NCBI GenBank assembly: GCA_938028835.1 | Contig: CALIMJ010000006.1 | Coordinates: 145,710 to 209,709 of the forward strand | DNA from: an uncultured bacterium | GTDB taxonomy: Bacteria; Sysuimicrobiota; Sysuimicrobiia; Sysuimicrobiales; Sysuimicrobiaceae | Direction of reading: 5' to 3' | DNA length: 64,000 nucleotides | Part shown: positions 42,958 through 52,302 of the stretch, piece by piece | How positions within the stretch are numbered: position 1 is the first letter of the stretch | Layout: every line of letters begins with the position of its first letter | Position numbers and translations under genes: made by a program | The notes under the pieces: generated by a model | What the model was told of the DNA's origin: nothing | The model's input: the letters and a program-made list of their open reading frames with translations, nothing else | The model's database searches: none

Positions 42958-44088
42958 CTACGCCGGCCACACGGGCCAGGGGATCAGGGCGTATCCCTCC
43001 ATCAGCCGGCGCGCGGTCCGGTAGGTGGTGACCTTTTCCACCACCCACTGGCCCTCCCGGTAGCCCACCGACGCGGCCACCTCCAGCACGCCTGCGGGGT
43101 GGCCGATCCGCACCCGGCCGTCCTGCAGCCCCGTCCGCACGGCCTCGTGCACCACGGTCCCCTCCACCTGAGCGGCCACTGCGGTGCACGCCGCCCCGCT
43201 CAACGCGAACGCCCGGTGAAGCCTGCCCATGGACAGGATCCGGCCCACCAGATCTACCTCCGCCGCTTCCACCACCGCCCCGCGGGTGGACCGGTACGCG
43301 GCGGGAGACGAGACGAAGGCCAGCTTGGGGATCCCCGGGCTGCGTCGGGTGGCCTCCTCAGGCGTGGCGGCAATGCCCATGCGGACCGCCGCGTGCGCCC
43401 GGACCTGTTCCAGCCGCTGCAGCAGGTCTGAGTTGCCGTCCACCTCCTCCGGGCCCTCCGTACCCCGCAGGCCCACGTCCTGCGGCCGGACGAACACCAC
43501 TGGGTTCACCGCGTCCACCAGGGACACGGTGACGCTGCCGACCCCGGGCACGTGCAGGAGCTCCGCGGCCTTCCCGGTGGGCAGCAGCCGTCCCGTGACC
43601 GACCCCGCGGGGTCCAGGAAGTCCAGCGCGATGCGGGCTCCGGTCCCCGGCACCCCGTCGATGGCGTAGCTCCCTTCCACCTCGGGCAGGCGGTGGCGGG
43701 TGGGGACGTGGGCGTGGATGCGTTTGCGCGTGTTGGTCTGCCAGATCCGCACGGTGGTGACGGGGTCCGTACCGCGCACCAGCCCCTCCTCCATGGCGAA
43801 GGGCCCCACCGCCGCGGTGAGGTTCCCACACGTCCCCCCGTAGTCCACCAGGGGTTCGGTGACGCTCACCTGTCCGAAGGTGAACTCCACGTCCGCCTCA
43901 GGGACGGAAGGAGGGCCCACGATCACCACCTTGCTGGTGGTGGACACCGCACCGCCCAGACCGTCCACCTGCCGGCCGTAGGGATCCCCGCCCCCGAACA
44001 CCTTCAGGATCACGCGATCCCGCAGTTCGGGATCCTTCGGCAGGTCGGGCCGTAGGAAGAACACCCCGCGGCTGGTCCCGCCCCGCAT
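42958..44088 (-). CDS. prpF: PrpF / AcnD-accessory family isomerase (methylaconitate/aconitate isomerase-like)
   Basis: 'IRAVLMRGGTSRGVFF' is the PrpF N-terminal signature, and the diaminopimelate-epimerase-like fold repeat pattern continues to the C-terminus. Start position uncertain. Confidence 0.75.
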   Translation of the reverse strand: MRGGTSRGVFFLRPDLPKDPELRDRVILKVFGGGDPYGRQVDGLGGAVSTTSKVVIVGPPSVPEADVEFTFGQVSVTEPLVDYGGTCGNLTAAVGPFAMEEGLVRGTDPVTTVRIWQTNTRKRIHAHVPTRHRLPEVEGSYAIDGVPGTGARIALDFLDPAGSVTGRLLPTGKAAELLHVPGVGSVTVSLVDAVNPVVFVRPQDVGLRGTEGPEEVDGNSDLLQRLEQVRAHAAVRMGIAATPEEATRRSPGIPKLAFVSSPAAYRSTRGAVVEAAEVDLVGRILSMGRLHRAFALSGAACTAVAAQVEGTVVHEAVRTGLQDGRVRIGHPAGVLEVAASVGYREGQWVVEKVTTYRTARRLMEGYALIPWPVWPA

Positions 44089-44199
44089 GAGCACCGCCCG
44101 GATCCTCCGCTGGTTGCCCACGGCCCTGTCTTCCTCCGCTGCAGTTTCCACGGAGCCTTCCTGGATCCTGCACCCAACGCCTCGGGACAACGCATACCA

Positions 44200-44248
44200 T
44201 CGTTCGAAAGAGTTGTCAACCTGTGTTCATTTGCATACAATTTGCTCG
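44200..44248 (+). promoter_or_regulatory. Candidate gntR promoter/operator (TTGTCA-N17-TACAAT) with palindrome GTTGTCAAC
   Basis: 'gaGTTGTCAACctgtgttcatttgcaTACAATttgctcgATG'. A GT-N-AC style GntR-type palindrome overlaps the -35. The -10 lies only about 9 nt before the ATG, which suggests a leaderless transcript. The site sits in the prpF / gntR divergent region. Confidence 0.45.
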
Positions 44249-44965
44249 ATGACCAGCAGGACCTCCGGCAGGAGGCGGGTGGGCGCATCCCGGGCGGTGT
44301 ACGAGTGGGTGGTGGCTGCGATCCGCAGTGGGCGCCTGCGCCCGGGAGACCCCCTGCGAGAAGAGCAGCTGGCGCGCCAGCTCCGGTGCAGCCGCACCCC
44401 CGTGCGGGAAGCCCTGCAGCGCCTGCGGGCGGAAGGTTACCTGGAGCGGGGCCGGCGCCGGGGGCTTGCGGTGTCGGAGCCCACCCAGGAGGAGCTGGTG
44501 GACCTTTGCGTGGTGCGAGAGACCCTGGAGGGGCTGGCAGCGCGCCTGGCGGCCCGCGGGATCACCACCAGCGAGGTGTACTTCCTGGAAGAGCTGTGCG
44601 AGGACATGGAGCGCGCCCTTCAACAGGGCGACCTGCACGCCCTGGCGCGGCTGAACGCGGAGTTCCACGCGGTGATCTGGCGCGCCGCCCGCAACCGCTA
44701 CCTGGCCCGGGAGCTGCAGCGGATCTGGCTGTTGATCACCCGGCAGCCCGTCACCACCCTGAGCTACCCGGGCCGCGCCCGCGAGGCCCTGGCCGAGCAC
44801 CGGGCCCTGCTGGACGCCATCCGGTGTGGGGACGCGGACCGCGCGGAACAGCTGGCCCGCCAGCACATGGCGAGGGCGCAGATGATCCGGATGCGCATGG
44901 CCGCCGGCCACACCCTGCCGCAGCCCGGGGTACCGGTGCCCGCGGTAGGCCATCCGGAGCCGTAG
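44249..44965 (+). CDS. GntR-family transcriptional regulator (FadR/FCD subfamily)
   Basis: N-terminal wHTH 'EQLARQLRCSRTPVREALQRLRAEGYLER' and a C-terminal FCD ligand domain. Confidence 0.85.
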   Translation: MTSRTSGRRRVGASRAVYEWVVAAIRSGRLRPGDPLREEQLARQLRCSRTPVREALQRLRAEGYLERGRRRGLAVSEPTQEELVDLCVVRETLEGLAARLAARGITTSEVYFLEELCEDMERALQQGDLHALARLNAEFHAVIWRAARNRYLARELQRIWLLITRQPVTTLSYPGRAREALAEHRALLDAIRCGDADRAEQLARQHMARAQMIRMRMAAGHTLPQPGVPVPAVGHPEP

Positions 44966-44967
44966 CC

Positions 44968-46008
44968 GTGCCCCGCTACCCGGTGGGGGAGCTGGGCGGC
45001 TGGGTGGCCCGCTTGTTCCACGCCGCGGGGCTCCACGCCGAAGACGCGCGGGTCATCTCCGACGTTCTCGTGAGTGCGGACTGTGCCGGAGTGCACTCCC
45101 ACGGCGTGGTACGGGTGGGTGCGTACGTGGAGCTGGTACGCGGCGGGATCTGGCGATCCGGGGTTCGGCCCCGGCTGGTCCGGGAAGGTGCCGCCTTCCT
45201 CCTGCTGGACGCGGAGGGCTGCCCCGGTCCGGTGGCCGCGGTGGACGGGATGAGGCGGTGTGTGGAGAAGGCTCGGCAGAGCGGCCTCGCGGGCGTGTGG
45301 GTGCGCAGCGGAGGCCACTTCGGACGGGCGGGCCACTACGCGGAGATGGCTGCCCGAGAAGGGCTGGTGGGTGTGGCCCTGGCCAACGCCGCGCCCAGCC
45401 TGGCCCCGTGGGGCGGACGGGAGCGGATCCTCGGCAACAACCCGGTGGCGGTGGCCCTCCCGCGCAGGGACGGGCCTCCTGTCGTCCTGGACATGGCCCT
45501 CTCGGTCGCGGCCCAGGGCCGGGTCCGGCTGGCCGCGGAGCGCGGCGAGCGGCTACCCCCGGGATGGGCCCTGGACCCGCAGGGCAACCCCACGGAGGAC
45601 CCGCAACAGGCCCTGGCCGGGACGCTCCTCCCCGTGGGAGGCTACAAGGGGTACGGCATGGCCCTGGTGGTGGACGTGCTCACGGGCGTGCTGTGTGGCG
45701 GCAGCTTCGGCCGGGACGTCGCGCCCCGCCGCGGGAGCCGCTTCGGCGCCAGCCACGCCTTCTTCGCGGTGGACGTGCGGCAGCTCCGGGAACCTTCCGA
45801 CTTCCTGACGGACGTGGAGCGGCTGGTCCAGATGGTGAAGGGCACGGCCCTGGCCCCAGGCTTCGGGGAGGTCCTCCTACCAGGCGAGCGGGAGGCGCGC
45901 TGTACCTCCGAGCAGGCGGAGGTGGTGGAGGTGCCGGAGGAGGTGGTGGCGCAGGTCCGGCGGGCTGCGGCTCTGGTGGGCTTTCTGGAGCCGCTGCCTG
46001 AGGCATGA
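44968..46008 (+). CDS. Ldh_2-family (malate/L-lactate/L-sulfolactate dehydrogenase-type) NAD(P)H oxidoreductase
   Basis: 'SADCAGVHSHGVVRVGAYV...SGGHFGRAGHY...GGYKGYGMALVVDVLTG' is the Ldh_2 family core. Confidence 0.75.
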   Translation: MPRYPVGELGGWVARLFHAAGLHAEDARVISDVLVSADCAGVHSHGVVRVGAYVELVRGGIWRSGVRPRLVREGAAFLLLDAEGCPGPVAAVDGMRRCVEKARQSGLAGVWVRSGGHFGRAGHYAEMAAREGLVGVALANAAPSLAPWGGRERILGNNPVAVALPRRDGPPVVLDMALSVAAQGRVRLAAERGERLPPGWALDPQGNPTEDPQQALAGTLLPVGGYKGYGMALVVDVLTGVLCGGSFGRDVAPRRGSRFGASHAFFAVDVRQLREPSDFLTDVERLVQMVKGTALAPGFGEVLLPGEREARCTSEQAEVVEVPEEVVAQVRRAAALVGFLEPLPEA

Positions 46009-46024
46009 GTCCGCGAGAGCCCCT

Positions 46025-47110
46025 GTGGCCGCGTACCGAATCGGTGTCCTGAAGGGCGACGGCATCGGGCCCGAGGTGGTCCCCGCGGCGGTGGACCTGG
46101 CGGACCTGTCGGCCCGCGCTGCGGGCCTCTCCGTGGAGTGGGTGGAGCTGCCCGTGGGGCTGGAGGCGTACGGGCAGCTGGGCGACACCCTCCCGCCGCA
46201 GACCGTGGAAGCCCTCCGGGGCTGCCACGGGTGGGTGCTGGGGCCTGTGGAGCACCACCGCTATGACCCCCGGCTTCCAAGCATGCGTAACCCCAGCGGG
46301 ACCCTGCGAAGGCTTTTCGACCTCTACGCCAACGAGCGGCCTGCCCGCAACCTCCCGGGGGTGCCCAGCCGGTACGAGGGTGTGGACCTCGTGGTGGTGC
46401 GGGAGAACACCGAGGGCTTCTACGCCGACCGCAACGTCCTGGAGGGCGACGCCGAGCTTTTGGTGACCCCCGACGTGGTGGTCAGTCTCCGGGTGGTCAC
46501 CCGGCGCGCGTGCCAGCGGATCGCAGAGTACGCTTTCCAGCTGGCCCGCCGCCGCGCCCGTCCGGGCCGGGTGACCGCGGTCCACAAGGCCAACGTCCTC
46601 CGGCGGGGCGACGGGCTGTTTTTGGAGTGCTGTCGGTCGGTGGCGTCCCGGTACCCCGACGTGGCGTTCGACCACGTGCACGTGGACGCGGCCGCGTATT
46701 TCCTCGTGCGCGAGCCGCAGCGCTACGACGTGCTGGTCACCACCAACCTGTTCGGCGACATCCTGAGCGACCAGGCGGCGGGGCTGGTGGGCAGCCTGGG
46801 CGTCGCGCCGTCCCTGAACGCCGGCGACGGGTACGCCATGGCCCAGGCGGTTCACGGATCGGCCCCGGACATCGCGGGACGGGGGGTTGCCAACCCCACT
46901 GCGGAGATCCTGTCCGTGGCGATGCTGTTCGAGTGGCTGGGCCGGCGGTTCGACGACCCCGCGGCCACCGAGGCCGCCCGCCGCCTGGAGGAAGCCGTCG
47001 GCGCGGCGCTTTCCGCGGGTGTGCGGACGCCGGACCTAGGCGGGTCGGCCACCACCGCGGAGTTCGCCCGGGCGGTGCGGGCTCACCTGGCCCCTGGTAG
47101 CATGCTTTGA
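46025..47110 (+). CDS. Isocitrate/isopropylmalate/tartrate dehydrogenase-family enzyme
   Basis: 'YRIGVLKGDGIGPEVV' and 'NLFGDILSDQAAGLVGSLGVAPSLN' form the beta-decarboxylating dehydrogenase signature. Confidence 0.8.
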   Translation: MAAYRIGVLKGDGIGPEVVPAAVDLADLSARAAGLSVEWVELPVGLEAYGQLGDTLPPQTVEALRGCHGWVLGPVEHHRYDPRLPSMRNPSGTLRRLFDLYANERPARNLPGVPSRYEGVDLVVVRENTEGFYADRNVLEGDAELLVTPDVVVSLRVVTRRACQRIAEYAFQLARRRARPGRVTAVHKANVLRRGDGLFLECCRSVASRYPDVAFDHVHVDAAAYFLVREPQRYDVLVTTNLFGDILSDQAAGLVGSLGVAPSLNAGDGYAMAQAVHGSAPDIAGRGVANPTAEILSVAMLFEWLGRRFDDPAATEAARRLEEAVGAALSAGVRTPDLGGSATTAEFARAVRAHLAPGSML

Positions 47111-47125
47111 GGGAGGAGGTACCTC

Positions 47126-47686
47126 ATGCAGAGCCGACGGGTTGAGACCGCCACCCTCGCGGGCGGCTGTTTCTGGTGCACGGAGGCGGTGTTCGACGAG
47201 CTGGAAGGCGTGCTGGAGGTCCTGCCGGGCTACGCGGGCGGCCACGTTCCCAGCCCCACCTACGAACAGGTGTGTACCGGCACCACTGGCCACGCGGAGG
47301 CGGTGCAGATCACCTTCGACCCCGACCGGATCAGCTACCGGGAGCTGCTGGAGGTGTTCTTCTCCGTCCACGACCCCACCACCCCGAACCGCCAGGGACC
47401 CGACGTGGGCCACCAGTACCGGTCGGCCATCTTCACCCACACCCCGGAGCAGGATCAGGTGGCCCGCGAGGTCATCGCGGAGCTGGAGCGACAGCGGGTC
47501 TGGCCGGACCCCATCGTCACCGAGGTGGTCCCCTTCACCAACTTCTACCCCGCGGAGGAGTACCACCGGGACTACTACCGGCGTCACCCGGACCAGGCTT
47601 ACTGCGCGGCGGTGATCGCGCCCAAGCTGGAGAAGTTCCGCAAACGCCACGCCGCCCGCCTCAAGGGGGCTGTGGCGGGCCCGTAG
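47126..47686 (+). CDS. msrA: Peptide methionine sulfoxide reductase MsrA
   Basis: '[15 protein letters not shown]' active site, 186 aa. Confidence 0.92.
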   Translation: MQSRRVETATLAGGCFWCTEAVFDELEGVLEVLPGYAGGHVPSPTYEQVCTGTTGHAEAVQITFDPDRISYRELLEVFFSVHDPTTPNRQGPDVGHQYRSAIFTHTPEQDQVAREVIAELERQRVWPDPIVTEVVPFTNFYPAEEYHRDYYRRHPDQAYCAAVIAPKLEKFRKRHAARLKGAVAGP

Positions 47687-47694
47687 GCCGCCGT

Positions 47695-48506
47695 TCAGGG
47701 GCTGCGCGGGGAGCTTTGCGGACGGACCGCCCGGAACAGCGCCTTGTGCAGGGCAAACCGCAAGGGCTCCGTGCGGATCTCAAACAGCTCCCGCAGCCGC
47801 TTCGGCGCCCGGGTCAGCATGGTCACCAGCACCGACCGCAGCTCCCGGGGAGTGCCCGCCCTTTCCACCCACGAGGGAAAGTCCAGCTCGAGCCGCATCT
47901 CCTGTACCGCCTCCACCACGAGTCCCGCCGCACACAGCGCCTGGCGCCACTCCGCCACGTCCAGTCCCGCACGTGGGTGGGGTCCCGCAGGACCTCCACC
48001 GCGTTGAGGAACCGATCCGCCACCTCGTCCGGGGGTGAAACGGTGTCCGAGACCACCAACCGGCCGCCGGGCCTCAGCACCCGCGCCATCTCCCGCACCG
48101 GCCCCAGCAGGTCGGGGTAGTGGTGTGCCGCGGTGCGGCAGGTGACGATGTGGAAGGTCCCATCGGGAAACGGGAGGGCCCGTACGTCTGCCTCCTGGAA
48201 GACCACGTTCCGGAACCCCCGTTCCCTCGCGAGCCGTCCGGCCACCACCAGCATCTGCGCAGTCAGGTCCGTGGCCACCACCCTGGCCACGTACGGCGCC
48301 AGGGCCATCGCGGTGTGCCCCGCACCGGTGGAAACGTCCAGGGCCACATCCCCCTTGCCCGGTTCCGCGAAGCGGACCACGACCTGCAGGTCCTCGCCCC
48401 GGGCGTGCACCGCGCTCGTGGCGTACAGCTCTGCGTGGCGGCCGAACTGCTCCCGCACGTCCCGGACCGGCATGGCGAGCACCTCCTCCGGACCCCCCAC
48501 GCCCAC
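47695..48506 (-). pseudogene. Class I SAM-dependent methyltransferase (UbiE/Methyltransf_11-like), single frameshift
   Basis: The N-part 'LDVSTGAGHTAMALA...LRPGGRLVVSD...THVRDWT' (48506..47823) continues in another frame as 'AEWRQALCAAGLVVEAVQEM...' (47958..47695). This is consistent with a 1-nt loss at about 47950 ('gactggacgtggcggagtgg'). Confidence 0.6.
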
Positions 48507-48522
48507 TGGGGTCCCTGTAGAC

Positions 48523-49158
48523 CTAGGGCTGCTGGCCCGCCCCCTCGCCCATCTCCAGCTCCCCCAGCTGAATCAGGCTTTCCAGGTCCTCCACGGCGTC
48601 GGGGAGCCAGCGGCGGAACAGCTCCCGGGTAGCCTGGCGCGCTTCTTCTGAAGCGCCGCCCAGCATCCTGGCCACATCCGCCAGGTCCTGGGTGCGGCCC
48701 GCGTGGACCTTCATCAGCACGAGGTAGGGCAGGGCCAGCACGGGGAGGCCCTGCGGGTCCGAGCGGACCTGCGCCAGCGCGTCCCGGATCCACGGTGCCT
48801 CGGATGCGATCACGTCCACGGGCACACCTTCTGGGCTGGTGTAGCTGCGGCCGCCCACGGCCAGCGCCGGCCCCGGACGGAAGCCGGCTTCTACCAGGCG
48901 CCGGTGGACCTCCCCCGCGTCCTCCCACGCAACCACCACGTCCAGGTCCGCGGTCGCCCGCTCGGGCATGTACAACCGGCTGCCCACCGCCCCCACTACC
49001 GCCCAGCGGATCCCCTCGAGGATCCGGGTCAGGTCAGGCCAGCGTCTCAAGGCCGTGCGCCTCCTGAGGACCTCCAAGGCCGTGCCGACCCCCGGCCTCG
49101 CCCGGCGGAGGGCCAGTTCGAGAAACCTGCGACGGCGTTCCGCCACGGACGGCGCCAC
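48523..49158 (-). CDS. Hypothetical nucleotidyltransferase-like protein
   Basis: 211 aa with 'RLYMPERATADLDVVVAWED', a Pol-beta-type NTase-like Dx[D/E] pattern. Family unassigned. Confidence 0.45.
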   Translation of the reverse strand: MAPSVAERRRRFLELALRRARPGVGTALEVLRRRTALRRWPDLTRILEGIRWAVVGAVGSRLYMPERATADLDVVVAWEDAGEVHRRLVEAGFRPGPALAVGGRSYTSPEGVPVDVIASEAPWIRDALAQVRSDPQGLPVLALPYLVLMKVHAGRTQDLADVARMLGGASEEARQATRELFRRWLPDAVEDLESLIQLGELEMGEGAGQQP

Positions 49159-49215
49159 GCTTCTGGGCGAGTTCTACGGGCGCGGCCGCTCCCCCTCTTG
49201 CGGCGCGCGGACCGA

Positions 49216-50358
49216 TCAGGGCAGCGCGGGCGGCCTCGGCAGGGCTGCGGGCTGTGCGGGTGGGGCGAAGGGGCCTCCGGAGCTCAGATCCACGCGGGCC
49301 TCCACCCGCTCGGCCCCCGACCCCACGGGGAGCACCAGGGCCGTGGGCCACGCGGAGGTCCGGCGCTCGAACACCAAAAGCCCCTCTGCCCGACCCCGTG
49401 CGGGGACGTCCACAGGGAAGGTGGATCGCAAGAACCGCACCGGCAGCTCCCCGTCCGGCCCCACCAGGGCTGCCTCCATCACCCCCACGCTCACGGGTCG
49501 GTCTACACGGTTGTCGGCCGCCAGCGACAGCACCCACGCCTCACGGTGCTCCGAAAGCCGCTGCGGCCGCAGCACCACCGGCCCCGCGGGGTGGACGGTG
49601 CGGAAGTACCGCACCCGCAGGGGCAGGTTGCGGGACGGGAACTCGTCGTACGCGCGCTGCACCCCGCGCACCCGGTCCGCGAACCCCGGGTGCGTGCCGG
49701 CCCAGTGGGTGTTCTCCTGGCGCCTCCCGGTGACCTCGTTGAACCAGTTCAGCGTCCTGGCCGCCGTCTGCGGGTCGAAACCTGCCTCCACCAGCATGCG
49801 CAACGCCTCGCGGTCCGCCTCCACCTCCAGTTCCCTGGAGAAACCCAGGGTGGACACCCGCAGCAGCAGCTGCACGAGGTCTCCGGCGGTGGGGCTGCCC
49901 GTGAGGATGGCCACCAGGATGCTGGCGATCTGACCCACCTGCGCCCGGGCCACATGCTGCGCCACGTGTCGCCGCGCGGTGTGCGCCACCTCGTGGGCCA
50001 CCACGAAGGCCCAGGCCTCCACGTCTGGGTTCAACCGGATCAGGCCGGTGGTGACGAAGATCCATCCCGGCGTGCTCACCGCGTTGGGCTCCCGGTGCTC
50101 CAGGATGGCGATCCGGTAGGGCACGTGGGTCCGGCCGGAGAACGGTATCAAGCGGTCCCGCAACCCGGAAAGGAACGCGAGCCAGTCCGGGTCCGCCACC
50201 ACGCCGTGCTGCGCCATCAGCCGGGCCGCCACCGCCCGTCCGATGGCCAGCTCCTGCTCTTCGGGGAGGGTGGCCTGCGCGGCCGCGGGCGGCGACGACA
50301 GCACCAGTGCCGCCGCCACCGCGGCCAGCCTCGCCACCAGCCCCGCGTTCCTCCACAT
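49216..50358 (-). CDS. M48-family zinc metallopeptidase with signal peptide
   Basis: Signal 'LVARLAAVAAALVLSSPPAAAQA', HExxH motif 'AHEVAHTARRH' and a C-terminal extra domain. Confidence 0.8.
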   Translation of the reverse strand: MWRNAGLVARLAAVAAALVLSSPPAAAQATLPEEQELAIGRAVAARLMAQHGVVADPDWLAFLSGLRDRLIPFSGRTHVPYRIAILEHREPNAVSTPGWIFVTTGLIRLNPDVEAWAFVVAHEVAHTARRHVAQHVARAQVGQIASILVAILTGSPTAGDLVQLLLRVSTLGFSRELEVEADREALRMLVEAGFDPQTAARTLNWFNEVTGRRQENTHWAGTHPGFADRVRGVQRAYDEFPSRNLPLRVRYFRTVHPAGPVVLRPQRLSEHREAWVLSLAADNRVDRPVSVGVMEAALVGPDGELPVRFLRSTFPVDVPARGRAEGLLVFERRTSAWPTALVLPVGSGAERVEARVDLSSGGPFAPPAQPAALPRPPALP

Positions 50359-50398
50359 GGCACGCCCCCCTCCGGACTGGACGGCTCCGCGCGCACGC

Positions 50399-51136
50399 CT
50401 AGCAGGGCGGCAGCTCGATCTGAATGGGCGCGTTGAAGTCCCCGTAGTCCATGGTCAACATCGGCTTGCCACCGTCCAGAATCTCCCACCGCCGGGGCAG
50501 GCCGTCCGCGCCCACCCACAGGCGCTGCTCGCTGGCCGGCTGTCCCGGCATCCGCCCCACCATCCGGTAAACCCGCACGGGCGCACCGCCGAGAGAGGCG
50601 TCAGGGAGCCGGCCCACCTCGATCTCCAACTCCGCCGGCGCCTGCGCACCGCCACTTGCCTCCAGGGTCTGGCACCGCCACCCGGTGAGGCGCTGCGCCA
50701 CCGCTTGCGTCATCGCGTCCATGGCCGCGCGCATCACGAAGCCGGTGGCGAAGCCGATCGGGTCCAGGAAGGCGCTGAGCAGGACACCGGGGCCGATGGA
50801 GGGCTGCGGGGAGGTTGGCGCGCCGGCCTTACTCAACTGGCGGGAGGCCATCTGGCGCCCGACGATGATGGACTCCGCGGTGTAGTGGGGCAGTTCCACC
50901 ACCACGCGCCGCCGATCCGGATTCATCACCTCGGTGAGCAGGGTCACCTGGATCGGGCTTTCCGGGGCCACCGCCGAGCGGATCCGGTAGCTGTGGAGGG
51001 CCTGGAGGCGAGCTTGGGCGGCCTCCACCTCCTCCCAGGCCCGGGCGTCCCCCTTCACGACCATACCCGCAGGTGCTGCCCACCCCGCCGCGGCTACCGA
51101 AACCAACGCCAGCACCCCCGCCGCTACCCTGTACAT
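50399..51136 (-). CDS. Hypothetical secreted protein
   Basis: N-terminal signal 'MYRVAAGVLALVSVAAAGWAAPA', about 245 aa, no motif recognised. Possibly LolA-like. Confidence 0.45.
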   Translation of the reverse strand: MYRVAAGVLALVSVAAAGWAAPAGMVVKGDARAWEEVEAAQARLQALHSYRIRSAVAPESPIQVTLLTEVMNPDRRRVVVELPHYTAESIIVGRQMASRQLSKAGAPTSPQPSIGPGVLLSAFLDPIGFATGFVMRAAMDAMTQAVAQRLTGWRCQTLEASGGAQAPAELEIEVGRLPDASLGGAPVRVYRMVGRMPGQPASEQRLWVGADGLPRRWEILDGGKPMLTMDYGDFNAPIQIELPPC

Positions 51137-51290
51137 GGTGCCCCCGGGCTGGAGATTCGGATCCTTCCGGGCAGAGACAGGTGACGCAGGCGCCACGGGT
51201 ACCCGCCTGGAGGTCTCCTAGCCGTGTTTACCACCCGGCGGCAGCCCGGTAAAGGGGAAAAAGCGGGTCCGGCGCGGAACTCCAACGGAG

Positions 51291-52241
51291 GTGAAGGCCG
51301 CGGTCCTGTACCGTCCCGGCCGGCCCCTGCGCGTGGAGCGGCGCCCGCGGCCCAGGCCGCGCGGCGAGGAGGTCCTCGTGCGCGTGCTGGGGTGCGGGGT
51401 CTGCCACAGCGACGTCTCCCTGGCGGACGGTCGGTTCGAGGCTCCCCTGCCTTTGGTCCTGGGGCACGAGGTGGCCGGTTACGCGGAGGGGCTGGGCCAC
51501 GTCCTGGTGTACGCCAGCTGGGGGTGCGGGCAGTGCCGGTTCTGTCAGCAGGGTGAGGAACAGCTCTGCCCCGAAGCCCAGCAGGCGGGCTGGACCTGCG
51601 ACGGCGGCTACGCGGAGTGGGTCCGGGTCCCCTCGACCCGGTATCTCGTACCCCTGGGAGACCTGGACCCCGTGCGAGCGGCCCCCCTTGCGGACGCGGG
51701 AGTGACCCCGTACCGCGCGGTCCGACGCGCCCTACCGTGGTTACGGGAAGGGACCACGGCGCTGGTGGTGGGTGCGGGCGGGCTGGGCCAGTTCGCGGTG
51801 CAGTACGTTCGCCTGCTGTCCCCGGCCCGGGTGGTGGCGGTGGAACGCGACCGCCGCAAGTTCCCCTGGGTGCTGGACCTGGGCGCGCAGGCGGTGCTGC
51901 ACCCCCGGGAAAAGGTGCCTCGGGCGCAGGTGGTGTTCGACTTCGTGGGGTCCTCCGCCACCCTCCGGCTGGCTTTGGAGGCCGCAGAACCCGGCGGCCT
52001 GGTGGTGCAGGTGGGTGCGGCAGGCGGTCAACTCCCTTTCAGCTTCGACCGCGGGCCCGCGGAGGTCCACCTCACCAACTCCGTGTGGGGATCGCTGGAA
52101 GAACTCCGGGACGTGGTGGCGCTGGCCCGCTCCGGCAGGTTGCGCTGGCACGTGGAAGCGGTACCCCTGGACCAGGCCAACGAGGCGCTGGAACGGGTGC
52201 GCCGCGGCCGGGTCCTGGGCCGCCTGGTCCTGGTCCCCTGA
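51291..52241 (+). CDS. Zinc-dependent alcohol dehydrogenase family oxidoreductase
   Basis: 'GVCHSDV...GHEVAGY' (catalytic zinc), 'CGQCRFCQQGEEQLC' (structural zinc) and Rossmann 'VVGAGGLGQFAVQY'. Confidence 0.88.
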   Translation: MKAAVLYRPGRPLRVERRPRPRPRGEEVLVRVLGCGVCHSDVSLADGRFEAPLPLVLGHEVAGYAEGLGHVLVYASWGCGQCRFCQQGEEQLCPEAQQAGWTCDGGYAEWVRVPSTRYLVPLGDLDPVRAAPLADAGVTPYRAVRRALPWLREGTTALVVGAGGLGQFAVQYVRLLSPARVVAVERDRRKFPWVLDLGAQAVLHPREKVPRAQVVFDFVGSSATLRLALEAAEPGGLVVQVGAAGGQLPFSFDRGPAEVHLTNSVWGSLEELRDVVALARSGRLRWHVEAVPLDQANEALERVRRGRVLGRLVLVP

Positions 52242-52302
52242 CTCCCCGGCCCGAACGTCTTTCTTCGTGCACGCACCGGCCCTATGCTGCTGGCGGGAGG
52301 GG

